Positions 42,674-52,603 of a DNA stretch of 64,000 bases are shown here, piece after piece. How positions within the stretch are numbered: the stretch's first letter is position 1; each line of letters opens with the position of its first letter. Made by a program: the position numbers and the translations under genes. Source of the DNA: a virus; the IMG/VR virus record IMGVR_UViG_3300048999_000166, positions 32,001 through 96,000 of that record. One strand, given 5' to 3'. The notes below the pieces were generated by a model that searched no databases, had not been told where the DNA came from, and saw only the letters and a list, made by a program, of their open reading frames with translations.

Positions 42674-42806
42674 CGAAAACTAAGATGAATCCGAAAGCAA
42701 CGTAACGGGACCCCGTGCGTCTCGTTAGACGTTAGGTCCCAGCCGGAATCAGACCGGATGGGTCGGGCTCTTCCAACCCAGACGTAGACGAGAGGCTTAA
42801 AAGATC

Positions 42807-43244
42807 ATGATTCGCAAGCTTTGTACGGCCGTTGCCACCGCCGCGGTCCTGGTTGGCGGGACCCTGGGCATGGCTGGCGTGGCCAACGCCGCGACTCCGG
42901 CCCCCACCAACTTCGGTGGCATCGGTAACGGCAACATCGTGTGCTCCCTGACCAGCAACATCCTGAGCGGCAGCAACTGCGGTTCCGGTCGCGGCCACCG
43001 GCTCGGCGGGCACTTCCGTGGCGGGCGCTGGGACGGCGACCAGACCATCATCCTGAACGGCGCTAACTACGGCGTCAGCGACTGCGGCTGCGGCACCGAC
43101 TCGGTGGTCCTCACCCCGCAGGTGGTGCAGGTCCCGACCGTCGTGCGGGGCATCGAGACCGGCGACGGTAGCTGCGGCCTGTCCGGCGCCTACTTCGGCC
43201 GCCTCGGAGGCCTGCGCGGCATCCACCGTGGCCTGCACTTCTAA
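42807..43244 (+). CDS. Secreted Gly/Cys-rich protein, candidate sortase substrate
   Basis: Signal peptide ending VANA; C-terminal VPTVVRGIETGDGS. Confidence 0.65.
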   Translation: MIRKLCTAVATAAVLVGGTLGMAGVANAATPAPTNFGGIGNGNIVCSLTSNILSGSNCGSGRGHRLGGHFRGGRWDGDQTIILNGANYGVSDCGCGTDSVVLTPQVVQVPTVVRGIETGDGSCGLSGAYFGRLGGLRGIHRGLHF

Positions 43245-43250
43245 ATAATC

Positions 43251-44153
43251 ATGGACGCAGCCGAGCGTGATCGGGTGCGTCGGAGGCAAGACACTCGACG
43301 AAGCCGGGGGTGGTGGGGCATGACGCTCCACCGCTTCCGGCTTCATCGTCCCCGGGCCCTGTCGCTGGTCGATACGTCCGGGATGCCCTTCGCTGTTTCA
43401 CGTAAGGTCGGCCGGCGCTTCGCCTTCGGTACGGCCCTCGTGATCGCGCTGGTTCTGATCATCTTGCCCCGCGTAGCCCTGACCCCCGCATCAGTACCCA
43501 CTCCCCCTGACCTCACCTCTCCCGGCGCCTCGACGGTCAGCATTCCGCTACCGACGCAGTCCCCGGTCGCGCCATCCAGAGTCACTACTGTTCAACCGCC
43601 CGTTACCGTCGTGCAAACCGCCACGGTCACCGTGCCGGCACCCCCCGAAGCGACCACCGCCTCCGCCGCGACGAGCACCCCGGTGAAGGTCCACCCCGTC
43701 GCTATCAGAATCCCCTCGATCCAGGTATCGTCTCGTGACGTCGTCCCTGTCGGGCGCAACCCCGACAAGAGCATGGCGGTCCCGCCACTGTCCGCGGTGG
43801 GAGAGCTGGGCTGGTACAAGTACGCACCCGTACCGGGCGACATCGGTCCAGCGATCGTGGTGGCTCACGTTGATCAGAATGGTCATCAGGGGCTGTTCGC
43901 CAAGCTGAACCAGCTCCAAGCCGGGGAGATCGTGGAGATCGACCGCAGCGACGGTCAGACCGCGACCTTCCAGGTGACCCGCAACGAGACGTTCCCCAAG
44001 ACCCAGTTCCCCGCCTCAATCTTTCACAACACTCCTGACTCAGAACTTCACCTGATCACCTGCACCGGCACTGTGGACAAGGTCCATCATCGGTATCTAG
44101 ATCAGGATGTCGTGAATGCCGTCCTCGTCTCCATGCGTCCCACCGCTGGCTGA
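43251..44153 (+). CDS. Class F sortase
   Basis: TM anchor, Pro/Thr linker, AIRIPSI, GWY...PGDIGPAIVVAHVD, LHLITC, R; ATG 43320 is an alternative start. Confidence 0.85.
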   Translation: MDAAERDRVRRRQDTRRSRGWWGMTLHRFRLHRPRALSLVDTSGMPFAVSRKVGRRFAFGTALVIALVLIILPRVALTPASVPTPPDLTSPGASTVSIPLPTQSPVAPSRVTTVQPPVTVVQTATVTVPAPPEATTASAATSTPVKVHPVAIRIPSIQVSSRDVVPVGRNPDKSMAVPPLSAVGELGWYKYAPVPGDIGPAIVVAHVDQNGHQGLFAKLNQLQAGEIVEIDRSDGQTATFQVTRNETFPKTQFPASIFHNTPDSELHLITCTGTVDKVHHRYLDQDVVNAVLVSMRPTAG

Positions 44154-44388
44154 CTGGTACCACACCGATGAGGCATATGACCCCATCGTCGAGTTCTTGC
44201 GCGCCGATCTGAAGCGAGCACGGTGGATGCTGCAGCAGCACATCCCCGACCACTGCGGCTGGTGCTATCACCAGGGCGCCTTCGAGCAGTACCGCTGGCC
44301 CTGCCAGCTGTTTCAGTGCGCGCACGACGCCATGATGTCGGCACTTCCCCCCGCTCGGGACTTCCTCAAGAGAGTGAGTGGCACATGA
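44116..44388 (+). CDS. Hypothetical protein
   Basis: 90 aa; HCGWC...WPC. Confidence 0.4.
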   Translation: MPSSSPCVPPLADWYHTDEAYDPIVEFLRADLKRARWMLQQHIPDHCGWCYHQGAFEQYRWPCQLFQCAHDAMMSALPPARDFLKRVSGT

Positions 44389-44756
44389 ACCATCACCCAC
44401 CGCCGCCGCCTCCGCATCACCCCCCGGAACCACCGAGTTGGAATCCCTTCACGAACATCAATCACCGGCTTTCGGCGATTGAGGAGAAGCTCACCCAGAT
44501 TGGAGTCTCGATGGCCACCCAGGCCGATGTTGATGCTCTTACCCAGGCCGTTTCCGACCTGACCGCCAAGGTGACTGCCGACGACAGCCAGCTCCAGGCT
44601 GGGGTCGCGGCGGTCCAGGCGTGGATCGCTAACCAGCCGGCTGATGTGGATGTCAGCGGGCTGCAGGACGCGGTCAGCCAGCTCTCCGCTGGCGTGGACG
44701 CGGTCGGCGCGGACGCCGCGAACGTGGCGAACCTCGTACCGCCGGCCACGAGCTGA
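44385..44756 (+). CDS. Coiled-coil hypothetical protein
   Basis: ATG overlap region; heptad pattern MATQADVDALTQAVSDLTAKV. Confidence 0.55.
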   Translation: MNHHPPPPPPHHPPEPPSWNPFTNINHRLSAIEEKLTQIGVSMATQADVDALTQAVSDLTAKVTADDSQLQAGVAAVQAWIANQPADVDVSGLQDAVSQLSAGVDAVGADAANVANLVPPATS

Positions 44757-44836
44757 AGTTAGTTTCATGATGGACCGCCAGCCGGTCGGGTTCTGTGGTG
44801 GTACCCGGCCGGCTGGCCCCTTCTACGGGGAGCGCC

Positions 44837-45790
44837 GTGGCTGATCTCGTGCAGGGTGTCGATGTCAGCAAGTGGCAGGGCGCGGTCAACTGGACCTCGG
44901 TCAAGGCCGCCGGCAAGGCGTTCACTTATGTCAAGGTCAGCGACGGAACCTCCTCGTCCTACTCGACCGCCGCCGCCCAGTTTCATGAGGCAACAGCCGC
45001 GGGACTGGTCACCGGTGCCTACCACTACGCGCAGACCAGCTACTCGGCCGAGGCCAACGCCGATGCCTTCGCCTCGCAGATCAATGCCCTCGGAGCGATC
45101 GTCGGACACTTGCCCCCGTGCCTTGACTTAGAGGCCGGCAGTGGATCGCTCGGAGTCTGGGCCAACACCTTCTTCAGCGAGCTTCGCCGGTTGACCGGCG
45201 TGACGAGGGTGATGCTCTACTCCGGCGTCTCGTTCTTCACCCACCAGATCACCGAGACTTGGATGGATGACGACGTACTGCTCTGGCTGGCCCACTACGG
45301 GGTGCCGGCGGGACAGCCGGGCTACTCCAGCCCGCGACTGGTGATGCACCAGTACTCGCAGAGCGGACAGGTCTCCGGAGTCGCCGGAGCGGTCGACCTC
45401 GATGTCGCGCTGCGGCCGCTCGATCAACTGACGGGAGACGACCCTATGGCCGGCTTGACCCCGGATCAGGACGCGAAGCTCACCGCCGCCTACCAGTTCA
45501 TCACCGGGAGCGCTGACGTCGTGCCGCAAGGCGAGGACTGGCCGGGCTGGCCTACGTGGCCGGGCGGGACGGATGAGCACCTCACGGCGACTGACTACCA
45601 GCGCCGCACCAACGTCCAGCTCAACGCGCTCGCCTCGGCGGTCGCGGAGCTGGCGAACCAGACTTCGATGCTGTCGAAGCGCACCAGCACGCCACCGCCG
45701 CACCTGACCAACACGGACATCAACCGTATCGCGGCGGCCGTTGTCTCGTTACAAGAATCGAAAGAGTCCCCAGCTAAGGAGCCTGAATGA
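44837..45790 (+). CDS. Endolysin, GH25 muramidase
   Basis: GVDVSKWQG, YVKVSDG, GAYHY, CLDLE, LWLAHY, HQYS, DLD; GTG 44837 with RBS GGGGAG. Confidence 0.9.
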   Translation: MADLVQGVDVSKWQGAVNWTSVKAAGKAFTYVKVSDGTSSSYSTAAAQFHEATAAGLVTGAYHYAQTSYSAEANADAFASQINALGAIVGHLPPCLDLEAGSGSLGVWANTFFSELRRLTGVTRVMLYSGVSFFTHQITETWMDDDVLLWLAHYGVPAGQPGYSSPRLVMHQYSQSGQVSGVAGAVDLDVALRPLDQLTGDDPMAGLTPDQDAKLTAAYQFITGSADVVPQGEDWPGWPTWPGGTDEHLTATDYQRRTNVQLNALASAVAELANQTSMLSKRTSTPPPHLTNTDINRIAAAVVSLQESKESPAKEPE

Positions 45791-46170
45791 ACACTATCCT
45801 CGCCTACCTCGGGCGTGAACCAGTCAAGATCGGAGCCCTGATCGCCGCCATTCTCGGCCTCGTGTCCGGGCTCGGGCTCGACGTCTCGGTCGACCAGCAG
45901 GGTCTGATCAACGGAGCGGTGGTTCTGATCATCGGCTTCATCAACACGCTCGTGGTCTCCGAGGAGAGGGCGCTCCCGCTGATCTCCGGAGTCGTGCAGG
46001 CGACGCTCTCGGTCGCGCTGAGCTTCGGACTCCTGCTCTCCCCGCAGGTGCAGGCTTCGATCATGACCTTCGTGGTCGCTCTGGTGGCAATGTGGCAGCG
46101 CACCCAGGTCACCGCTCCGGTGCCGGCTGAGATGGTCTCCAGCCGCGGCTCCCACGCACTGCTCGACTAA
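45787..46170 (+). CDS. Holin-like membrane protein
   Basis: ATGA overlap with the endolysin; REPV.I, multiple TM helices, RTQVT.PV. Confidence 0.7.
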   Translation: MNTILAYLGREPVKIGALIAAILGLVSGLGLDVSVDQQGLINGAVVLIIGFINTLVVSEERALPLISGVVQATLSVALSFGLLLSPQVQASIMTFVVALVAMWQRTQVTAPVPAEMVSSRGSHALLD

Positions 46171-46192
46171 CTGAAACGAAGATGACACCCGG

Positions 46193-46225
46193 CCCCCGCT
46201 CCGAAATCGGAGCGGGGGTTTCTTC
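46193..46225 (+). terminator. Intrinsic terminator
   Basis: cccccgctccg-aaat-cggagcggggg-tttctt. Confidence 0.75.
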
Positions 46226-46243
46226 TGCCCAAAGGAGATTTCG

Positions 46244-46390
46244 ATGGTTATTTTGATCTTGGTCATCATCGCGTTGCTGTTGGCGATCTTCAGCCTGGTC
46301 CCGTTCGCTAACAACTGGCCGCTGCTCGCGGTCGCGGTCATCCTGCTGTCGGTGGCGATGCTGGCCGGCAGCGCGGGAGTGTTCCACTGA
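46244..46390 (+). CDS. 48-aa two-TM membrane peptide
   Basis: RBS AAGGAG; MVILILVIIALLLAIFSLVP...WPLLAVAVILLSVAML. Confidence 0.6.
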   Translation: MVILILVIIALLLAIFSLVPFANNWPLLAVAVILLSVAMLAGSAGVFH

Positions 46391-46460
46391 TCGCGTTGCG
46401 TGTGAGCTAGCTGCCCCAGCTCGGCCCAGTTTCAAAGCTCGTGAACGGGGGTAGCTAGCT

Positions 46461-46793
46461 TTGTTTCCCGACTTGTTCCGTCAGGCGGCCACGACCGGCA
46501 CTGACAATGGGATCGATCTGTCCCAGCCTTTGGTGCAGTACGGTGCGGTAGGAGTCCTGGCAACAGCGGCGATGTTCTGGGCATGGACCCTCTACAAGCA
46601 AGCGCAGGACAACATGAAGCGCGAACGAGATCGAGCCGATCGACTCGAAGCTGAGATCGCCAAGCTCAACGCCGACATCCACGGGAAGTACATTCCCGTG
46701 TTGACCCGTGTCACCGACGTGCTGCAGGACTTCCTCTGGAACGCCCGCGATGATGGCCGTGGCCACCATCCCAGCGGTCGGGGCCGCACATGA
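46461..46793 (+). CDS. Membrane protein with a coiled coil (lysis-cassette type)
   Basis: LVQYGAVGVLA...KRERDRADRLEAE. Confidence 0.6.
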   Translation: MFPDLFRQAATTGTDNGIDLSQPLVQYGAVGVLATAAMFWAWTLYKQAQDNMKRERDRADRLEAEIAKLNADIHGKYIPVLTRVTDVLQDFLWNARDDGRGHHPSGRGRT

Positions 46794-46951
46794 GCCCACT
46801 CCACCGACGGAACCACAGCGTAGACAAAATCATCTTGGACTCCGAGGAGCTGCGCGCCCAGCTGGTAGCTACCGTGGAGCAGCTGGAGTTGTTCGTGGCC
46901 GAGTTCGCCAAGGAGCTTGAAGAAGGCCACGTGGGGGAGGACGACGAGTGA
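46790..46951 (+). CDS. Small acidic protein
   Basis: ATGA and GTGA overlaps on both sides; 53 aa. Confidence 0.5.
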   Translation: MSPLHRRNHSVDKIILDSEELRAQLVATVEQLELFVAEFAKELEEGHVGEDDE

Positions 46952-47406
46952 GCCAAGATGAACACGAGGGCCCGGCACGCGAACAGGGAGAGGCCGGTGC
47001 GCGCGGTGCAGCCGCGCTGGTCACCCCCCTGATCGAGGCGATCGGGGCACTACGCGTTGCCATCGAAGGCCTGGAGGCTCGGGCCGATCGAGCGCGACGC
47101 AACATCACCGGCATCGTGATCGCGGTCATTATCGACGTGATCTTCACGGCCTGCATCACGATCGTGTACATCGGACAGGAGCAAACCGCTGCTCAGGTGG
47201 CGGATACGCGCAACGAGATCTTGTGTCCGCTGTACGCAAGCTGGCTCGGGACCTACAACCCGAACACCCGCGCGCCGGGACTTGATCGTGCCACCTACGA
47301 GAACGTGTTCGGCCAGATGCGCGTCCAGTACCAGCACCTGAGCTGCACCACTCCGCTCGTACCCAAGCCGACTCCGACGACGCCGAGTGCACCACCGTCG
47401 AAGTAG
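46948..47406 (+). CDS. Single-TM protein
   Basis: Coiled coil, TM (ITGIVIAVIIDVIFTACITIVY), Cys pair. Confidence 0.6.
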   Translation: MSQDEHEGPAREQGEAGARGAAALVTPLIEAIGALRVAIEGLEARADRARRNITGIVIAVIIDVIFTACITIVYIGQEQTAAQVADTRNEILCPLYASWLGTYNPNTRAPGLDRATYENVFGQMRVQYQHLSCTTPLVPKPTPTTPSAPPSK

Positions 47407-47422
47407 CGCCCTGGGAGGCCTC

Positions 47423-48400
47423 ATGCAGCGACCCGCCTGGTTACCCTGGCCGCACTCGCCGGGCACCTCGCTCGGGGTATTCCTCACTCTCGGTGTGGTC
47501 GCGGTCGGCCTGATCACCTGGGTGGGGGTGTCGGCCTCGCATCGCCAAGCGTCGCAGACCTCCGCCGCGGTGGCGCAAGGCCAAGGACTGGCTGACCCCA
47601 TCCTGCAGCTGTGCGGCCAGGGTGGGGACGTCGCGTTGCGGCTACAAGGCGCGGGGCTCTGCGATGCGGCGCAGAACGTAAAGGCCGATCCGGTAGCTCC
47701 GCCCGCCGCGTTGTCGGGTCCGCAAGTCCAGACCATGATCGATAACGCGGTACGCAACCGAGCCGCGGCGCTCCCGCCTCCGAGCACCGCGCCCGCGACT
47801 CCGGCACCCACCCCTCAGCAGATCCAGGACATGATCAATAACTCCATCGATAGCCGTCGTCCGCCAGCGCAGGCGGCGGCACCCAGCCCGCGACAGCAGC
47901 CGGCGCCTCCGCCGTACTACCCGCCTCCGGCACCGCAGTACCAACAGCCCGCGTACCAGCAGCCGCCGCAATACCAGCAGCCGCAGTACCCGAACTACCC
48001 GCCGACTCGGGGCTACCCGTCGGGCGGTGGTTGGCCCTCAGACGGTGGTACGCGTCCACCGGGCGGTCGCCCTCCCCGTGGTGGCGGTGGAGGCCAGTGG
48101 CCGCCCGTGGGCGGCTCAGGCGGCGGCGAGTGGCCGCCTCGTGGCGGTGGTGGATACCCGGGCCAGCCGCCGTATCAGTATTCGAGCGGGTACCCGGGCG
48201 GCTACGGCGGCGCAGGTTATCCGTACCCGGGCTACCCGTCGTACCCGAGCTACCCACAGCAGCCCTACCCGTATCCGGCGCAGCAGCCGACCTACCCGAG
48301 CTATCCACAACCGCGTCCACAGCCTGTGGAACGGGGAGGCGGTGGCCGGCAGTCCGACGGCGGAGGACTAATCGGGCAGCTCGGCCTGCACGTCGGCTAG
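47423..48400 (+). CDS. Membrane-anchored Pro/Gln/Tyr/Gly-rich protein
   Basis: ATG 47423 with RBS GGAGG; TM, LC...GLC domain, then low-complexity PQYQQP/YPSYPQ repeats. Confidence 0.6.
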   Translation: MQRPAWLPWPHSPGTSLGVFLTLGVVAVGLITWVGVSASHRQASQTSAAVAQGQGLADPILQLCGQGGDVALRLQGAGLCDAAQNVKADPVAPPAALSGPQVQTMIDNAVRNRAAALPPPSTAPATPAPTPQQIQDMINNSIDSRRPPAQAAAPSPRQQPAPPPYYPPPAPQYQQPAYQQPPQYQQPQYPNYPPTRGYPSGGGWPSDGGTRPPGGRPPRGGGGGQWPPVGGSGGGEWPPRGGGGYPGQPPYQYSSGYPGGYGGAGYPYPGYPSYPSYPQQPYPYPAQQPTYPSYPQPRPQPVERGGGGRQSDGGGLIGQLGLHVG

Positions 48401-50690
48401 CGGCGGCTCGACGAACATCGGCATCAGACCGTCGCTCGGTGCCACCTTGGTCACTTCGGTCCAGCCGCTCGCGGTCCCGCGGTTGTTGAAGGTGCGGGTG
48501 CTGTTGTCAGCGAACCGGTAGACCCTTGTTCGATTGCCGTTGAACATCGCGTCCGAGTACTCGTCGACGCGCACGTGATCCTGGGGTAGGTCGGACAGCC
48601 ACACGGCGTCTCCTACTGTCTCGGGGGGCGGGGTGCGAGTGCTGCATCTCGATCGAGTCGATGGTCTGTGGCGTCCGTTGGCACACCAGGCGCCCGAACC
48701 AGATCGAGTTCGGATGGTAGTTGCGTCGGTGCTCCCACGAGGCCTTGCACATGAGCGAGTAGCTGTGGAAGTTGCCGGAACGCGCACCGCAGCCTGGGTA
48801 GGAGCACCGCCAGTCCCAATTGAGGGCCATGGGTCCTCCGTCCCAGCGCGTAGCGGCGCAGATCGCAGCCGTCGCAGTTCTCGTCCGGCGGGCAGCGGCG
48901 CCACCTCATCACGGGACTCACCTTACTTGTTGCGCCATGCCCAGCAGAAGAACACCACGAGGGCCAGCACGGTGATCACAGCGGTGGCGTGAATCCGGAC
49001 ACCCAGCCTTCACCGTCGCAGTTTGGACACGGGGTGTCCTGGCAGCCGTTCCCGAAGCGGTCGGGGTCGGCCATCGCCTGTTCCAGCGGCAGCCCCCCGC
49101 AGTACACCGCCATTCGGTAGGTGTGCACGTGCCGCAGCCCGTTACAGTCCGCACACCGGCTGCGTGTCACGGCAGCCCGTGGCCGTCGTCGTAGCAGGCC
49201 AGCACGAACCCGTACTTCTGCTCACCGCTGAAGGAGTCGTGGACGTAGGGCATCGGCTCGACGCCCTCGATCGCCAGATAGCGGTCGTAGCCGTTGCCGT
49301 GGTAGACGAACACCTCCGCGCGGGGATCGTAGGTGTTCAGCAGCGCCTGCAGCTCCGCGACGTTCATCGAATGTCGTGGAGCTGCAGGGCGAGCCGCTCG
49401 CACTCGGCGCGCACGTAGGTCAGTGTCTTGTAGGTCGCCCCGGTGCGCGCGTAGAGGTCCCACATCTCCGGCGCGTGGGTCCGGTAGGCCGGCATGATGT
49501 CGTTGTAGTGACCGCAATCCCAGCCGAACCACCAGACATCGCCCGGCTGTCCGGGCTCCGGCACGTGGCAGACCGCGTGCTCGATCGGTCCATCGTCGTT
49601 GCAGCTCGCCGCGAAGGTCAGCCCACCGTGCACGGACACGTCCGCCTCTTCGTAGCCTTCGCCGTGCAGCGGATGGCCGGGGTCCACCGCGACATAGCCG
49701 CACCAGCTTCCCTGCCACGGGTTGGCCCGCACCGCCAAGCACGGCATGCCGGTCACCGCGTCGGTCCAGCTGACCTTGTCGGGCTCACCATCCCAGGGCC
49801 CCGGTCCCCAGCCGGTGCGGTCCATCTCCGGGTTGATGTAGGTCTTCTCAGTCATGGTCCCTCGCATGAAATTCGCGGTGCACGGGCCGCAGCGACCCGA
49901 GCACCATCGCGCCGCAGAGGCGGCACGGCCAAAGGTTGAGTTCTTGTTCGAGGATCTCCAGGCCGAGGGCTTCCCGGATCTCACGCTCCTCGTCGGTCTC
50001 GATCTTGTTCGGGACCTTGACCGTCAGGAACCAGTAGAAGGTCTCGTCGCACACCCGTAGTGCCATCAGGCCGGCGGGTCTTCCGTTACCGGCGCTCCCA
50101 GGTACACCGTGACCGCAGCGGCGCCTTGAGGGCGGTCGAGGTCGCGCTCCGCCATCCAGGCCACCTCCAGCACGCGACGAGGGTGTTCGATGTCGAGGTC
50201 GTTGATGTACACCAGCTCACCCTTGCGCGGGATGAGGCTCATCCGACGTGGCGCCGAACAGCGCTGGTCCTGCTGGTCGCGGTAGCGGAAGATCACGAAC
50301 GCGTTCTCGCTCATCGTGGGTCTCTCATGCTGCGGAGCCGAATAACGGATCGGACGATGAGCGCGATGGCGGGCAGGAGAGCGAGCGCGGCGTAGGTGTA
50401 GCCCAGCGGGCTCTTCGCGTGAGCGATGAGCCCCGCCCCCAGCACCCAAAGCGGGATCGTGATCACCAGGTTGAATATCAAGTCCGCGTGTTCTCCGCTC
50501 GCTTCGTTGTCCATGCTGCGCACCAACCGAAGCTCCGGCACCTGGCGGGGAACGTTCACTTCGTGCCGATGATCATTGTGCAGTCGTCGCACACGATGTG
50601 CCACGCCACGACGTTGCCCTTCCCGTCCATGATCGGTACTTCGTGCGTGGATCCGTGCGTGCAGTTGCGTGGCGCGATCGCCATCTAGTT
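48368..50690 (-). other. Run of small overlapping hypothetical ORFs (e.g. 48976-49170, 49167-49367, 49364-49855, 49848-50066, 50066-50314, 50311-50604)
   Basis: Stop/start overlaps and GC3 bias; no family recognised; boundaries in 48368-48970 are ambiguous. Confidence 0.5.
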
Positions 50691-50718
50691 CACCCCTTCA
50701 TGCAAAATTGGACGATGT

Positions 50719-51792
50719 TCAGTTCAGCAGGAGGTTGTCGTTCGTTTGCGCCCGCTTCCGAGTGACGCTGGTCGCCAGCGCCGCACCGATGAACACGATG
50801 CCCAGCGAGCCGGTCAACCACTCCGGCAGATCCACCCCGTAGAGCTTCAGCATCATCACCATGCCCAGGAACAAGATCGCCCAGTGCGCGCCGTGCTCCA
50901 GGAACTCGTACTTGGCCAGCGTGCCGGTGCGGACCAGGTGCACGGTCATCGACCGCACCCACATCGCACCGGCGCCCAGTCCGGCCATGATCACTAAGAC
51001 GCTGGTCGTAATGGCGAACGCGCCGATCACCCCGTCGAAGGAGAAGCTGGCGTCCAGCACCTCCAGGCGTACGAACATGACAGCCGCGGCGGCACCGACC
51101 AGGGTGGTCAGCTTCGCGTGCCCGTCCTCGTCGTCGCTGTCGAACACCGCACCGAACAGGTCGAGTCCGACGTGCAGCAGCACCCCGATGATCGCGGCGG
51201 CGAACACCGCTGTGCGCTGCGCCGGCTCGACCGTGAAGAACGCGATCACCGCGACCAGCAACATCACGAAGATGGTGATGTTGTCGAACCGACCCAACGG
51301 CGCCAGCCGCGACTCCAGCCAGCCGATCCAGTGGAGATCTTTCTCGCTGTCGAGGAAGTAGCTCACTCCGATCATGAGCAGGAAGGTGCCGCCGAACGCG
51401 TCGATCATCGGGCCGGCCTCGGCCAGGTGCTGCGCGTATACGGCCGGCTGGTGCACGGCGAGGCTGACAACCTCGGTGAAGCCCAGCCCGGCCGCCACCT
51501 GCACGATGAAGATCGGTAGGGCGAAGCGGACCACGAACACGGCGAACACGATGCCGACGGTCATGAAAGCCCGCTGCCAGCCCGGGGACAGGCGCTGGAT
51601 CAGCTTCGAGTTGACGACAGCGTTGTCGAAGCTGAACGTCACCTCCAGCGCGGTCAGGATCATGACGGTGAGCAGGCTGAGCCAGCCGCCGAACGACGCC
51701 ACGGCTGCCCAGGCCAGCAGGGTGATGACTGCGGAGGGCCCGTAGATGGCCCACAGATTCACCCGGGCCGAAGCCTCGGTCTCTGCGATCAC
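50719..51792 (-). CDS. TerC-family (DUF475/YkoY-type) membrane protein
   Basis: LEVTFSFDNAVVN, VVRFALP, LEVLDASFSFDGVIGAFAIT, LEHGAHWAI; GTGA overlap with the vWA gene. Confidence 0.88.
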   Translation of the reverse strand: MIAETEASARVNLWAIYGPSAVITLLAWAAVASFGGWLSLLTVMILTALEVTFSFDNAVVNSKLIQRLSPGWQRAFMTVGIVFAVFVVRFALPIFIVQVAAGLGFTEVVSLAVHQPAVYAQHLAEAGPMIDAFGGTFLLMIGVSYFLDSEKDLHWIGWLESRLAPLGRFDNITIFVMLLVAVIAFFTVEPAQRTAVFAAAIIGVLLHVGLDLFGAVFDSDDEDGHAKLTTLVGAAAAVMFVRLEVLDASFSFDGVIGAFAITTSVLVIMAGLGAGAMWVRSMTVHLVRTGTLAKYEFLEHGAHWAILFLGMVMMLKLYGVDLPEWLTGSLGIVFIGAALATSVTRKRAQTNDNLLLN

Positions 51793-52568
51793 GACAGCAC
51801 TCCGGCCTTCGTCGCGGCGGCGACCCAGGAGTCCCACTCGTCGGCCATGGCGTCGGCGAACTCCATGTCGGACACGGACGCGGGGTCGGCGAACGACTTC
51901 GCGTCTACGTTGTCGACGAGTCGGAGATCGGGGTTCATGTCGTCGAGGTCGTTCAGGTAGGGGACGTCACGGATGGCCAGGAACTTCACGAACACCGGAT
52001 AGCCGGCCAGCTCCACCACGATCCTGGTCGCGGCGGACTGAGAGTCTGGGTTCCCGTCGGTGATGACCACACAGAAGATCGGCTCGTCGGTGGTCTTCGC
52101 CAGGTCCCGGACCGCGACCAGGGCCTTCGCCAGGTCGGTGCTGCCCATCTGGCGTGGCTGCCAGATCTGGTTGTCGACGACGCCACGGTAGTTCTCGACG
52201 GTCACATCGACGGTGGGGTGCAGGACCGAGTCGAACGGGATCACCGGGACGGTGCCATCGACGTCGATCTGCAGCGCGAAGCCGAGCACACGCTCGACCA
52301 ACGTCTGCACCTTGCCGTTGGAGTAGTCAGCGTGCATCGAGCCGGAGTGATCGAGCACCAGCACGGCCTGCGCGCGGATGCCGGCCAGGCCCCGCTTGCT
52401 CAAGGCGATACCGGCCTTGTCGGCGCGCTTGGCCAGATCGATGTGGCCGGCGTCGCGGACCTTCGAGAGGTTGATCGCGGAACTGCCGGTGGCGTCCTTG
52501 GTGAGGTTGATGGTCCGTGCCGGACCGGAGGTGGGAGTGGGTTCGGACTTGCGGCTGAACAAGCTCAT
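51789..52568 (-). CDS. vWA-domain protein of Ter clusters
   Basis: INLTK/INLSK N-terminus, LVLDHSGSM (MIDAS), GSTD, VITDG, RLVDN. Confidence 0.85.
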   Translation of the reverse strand: MSLFSRKSEPTPTSGPARTINLTKDATGSSAINLSKVRDAGHIDLAKRADKAGIALSKRGLAGIRAQAVLVLDHSGSMHADYSNGKVQTLVERVLGFALQIDVDGTVPVIPFDSVLHPTVDVTVENYRGVVDNQIWQPRQMGSTDLAKALVAVRDLAKTTDEPIFCVVITDGNPDSQSAATRIVVELAGYPVFVKFLAIRDVPYLNDLDDMNPDLRLVDNVDAKSFADPASVSDMEFADAMADEWDSWVAAATKAGVLS

Positions 52569-52603
52569 GGTCTTGCCTCTCTGACTGGGGTGGGGGCTGA
52601 GAA

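Noticed and set aside
42680-42800. c-di-AMP (ydaO) riboswitch or hammerhead ribozyme
   Set aside because: GAAUCC and GGGACC are present, but the GUCAGCUAACC 3' box and the CUGANGA core are absent.
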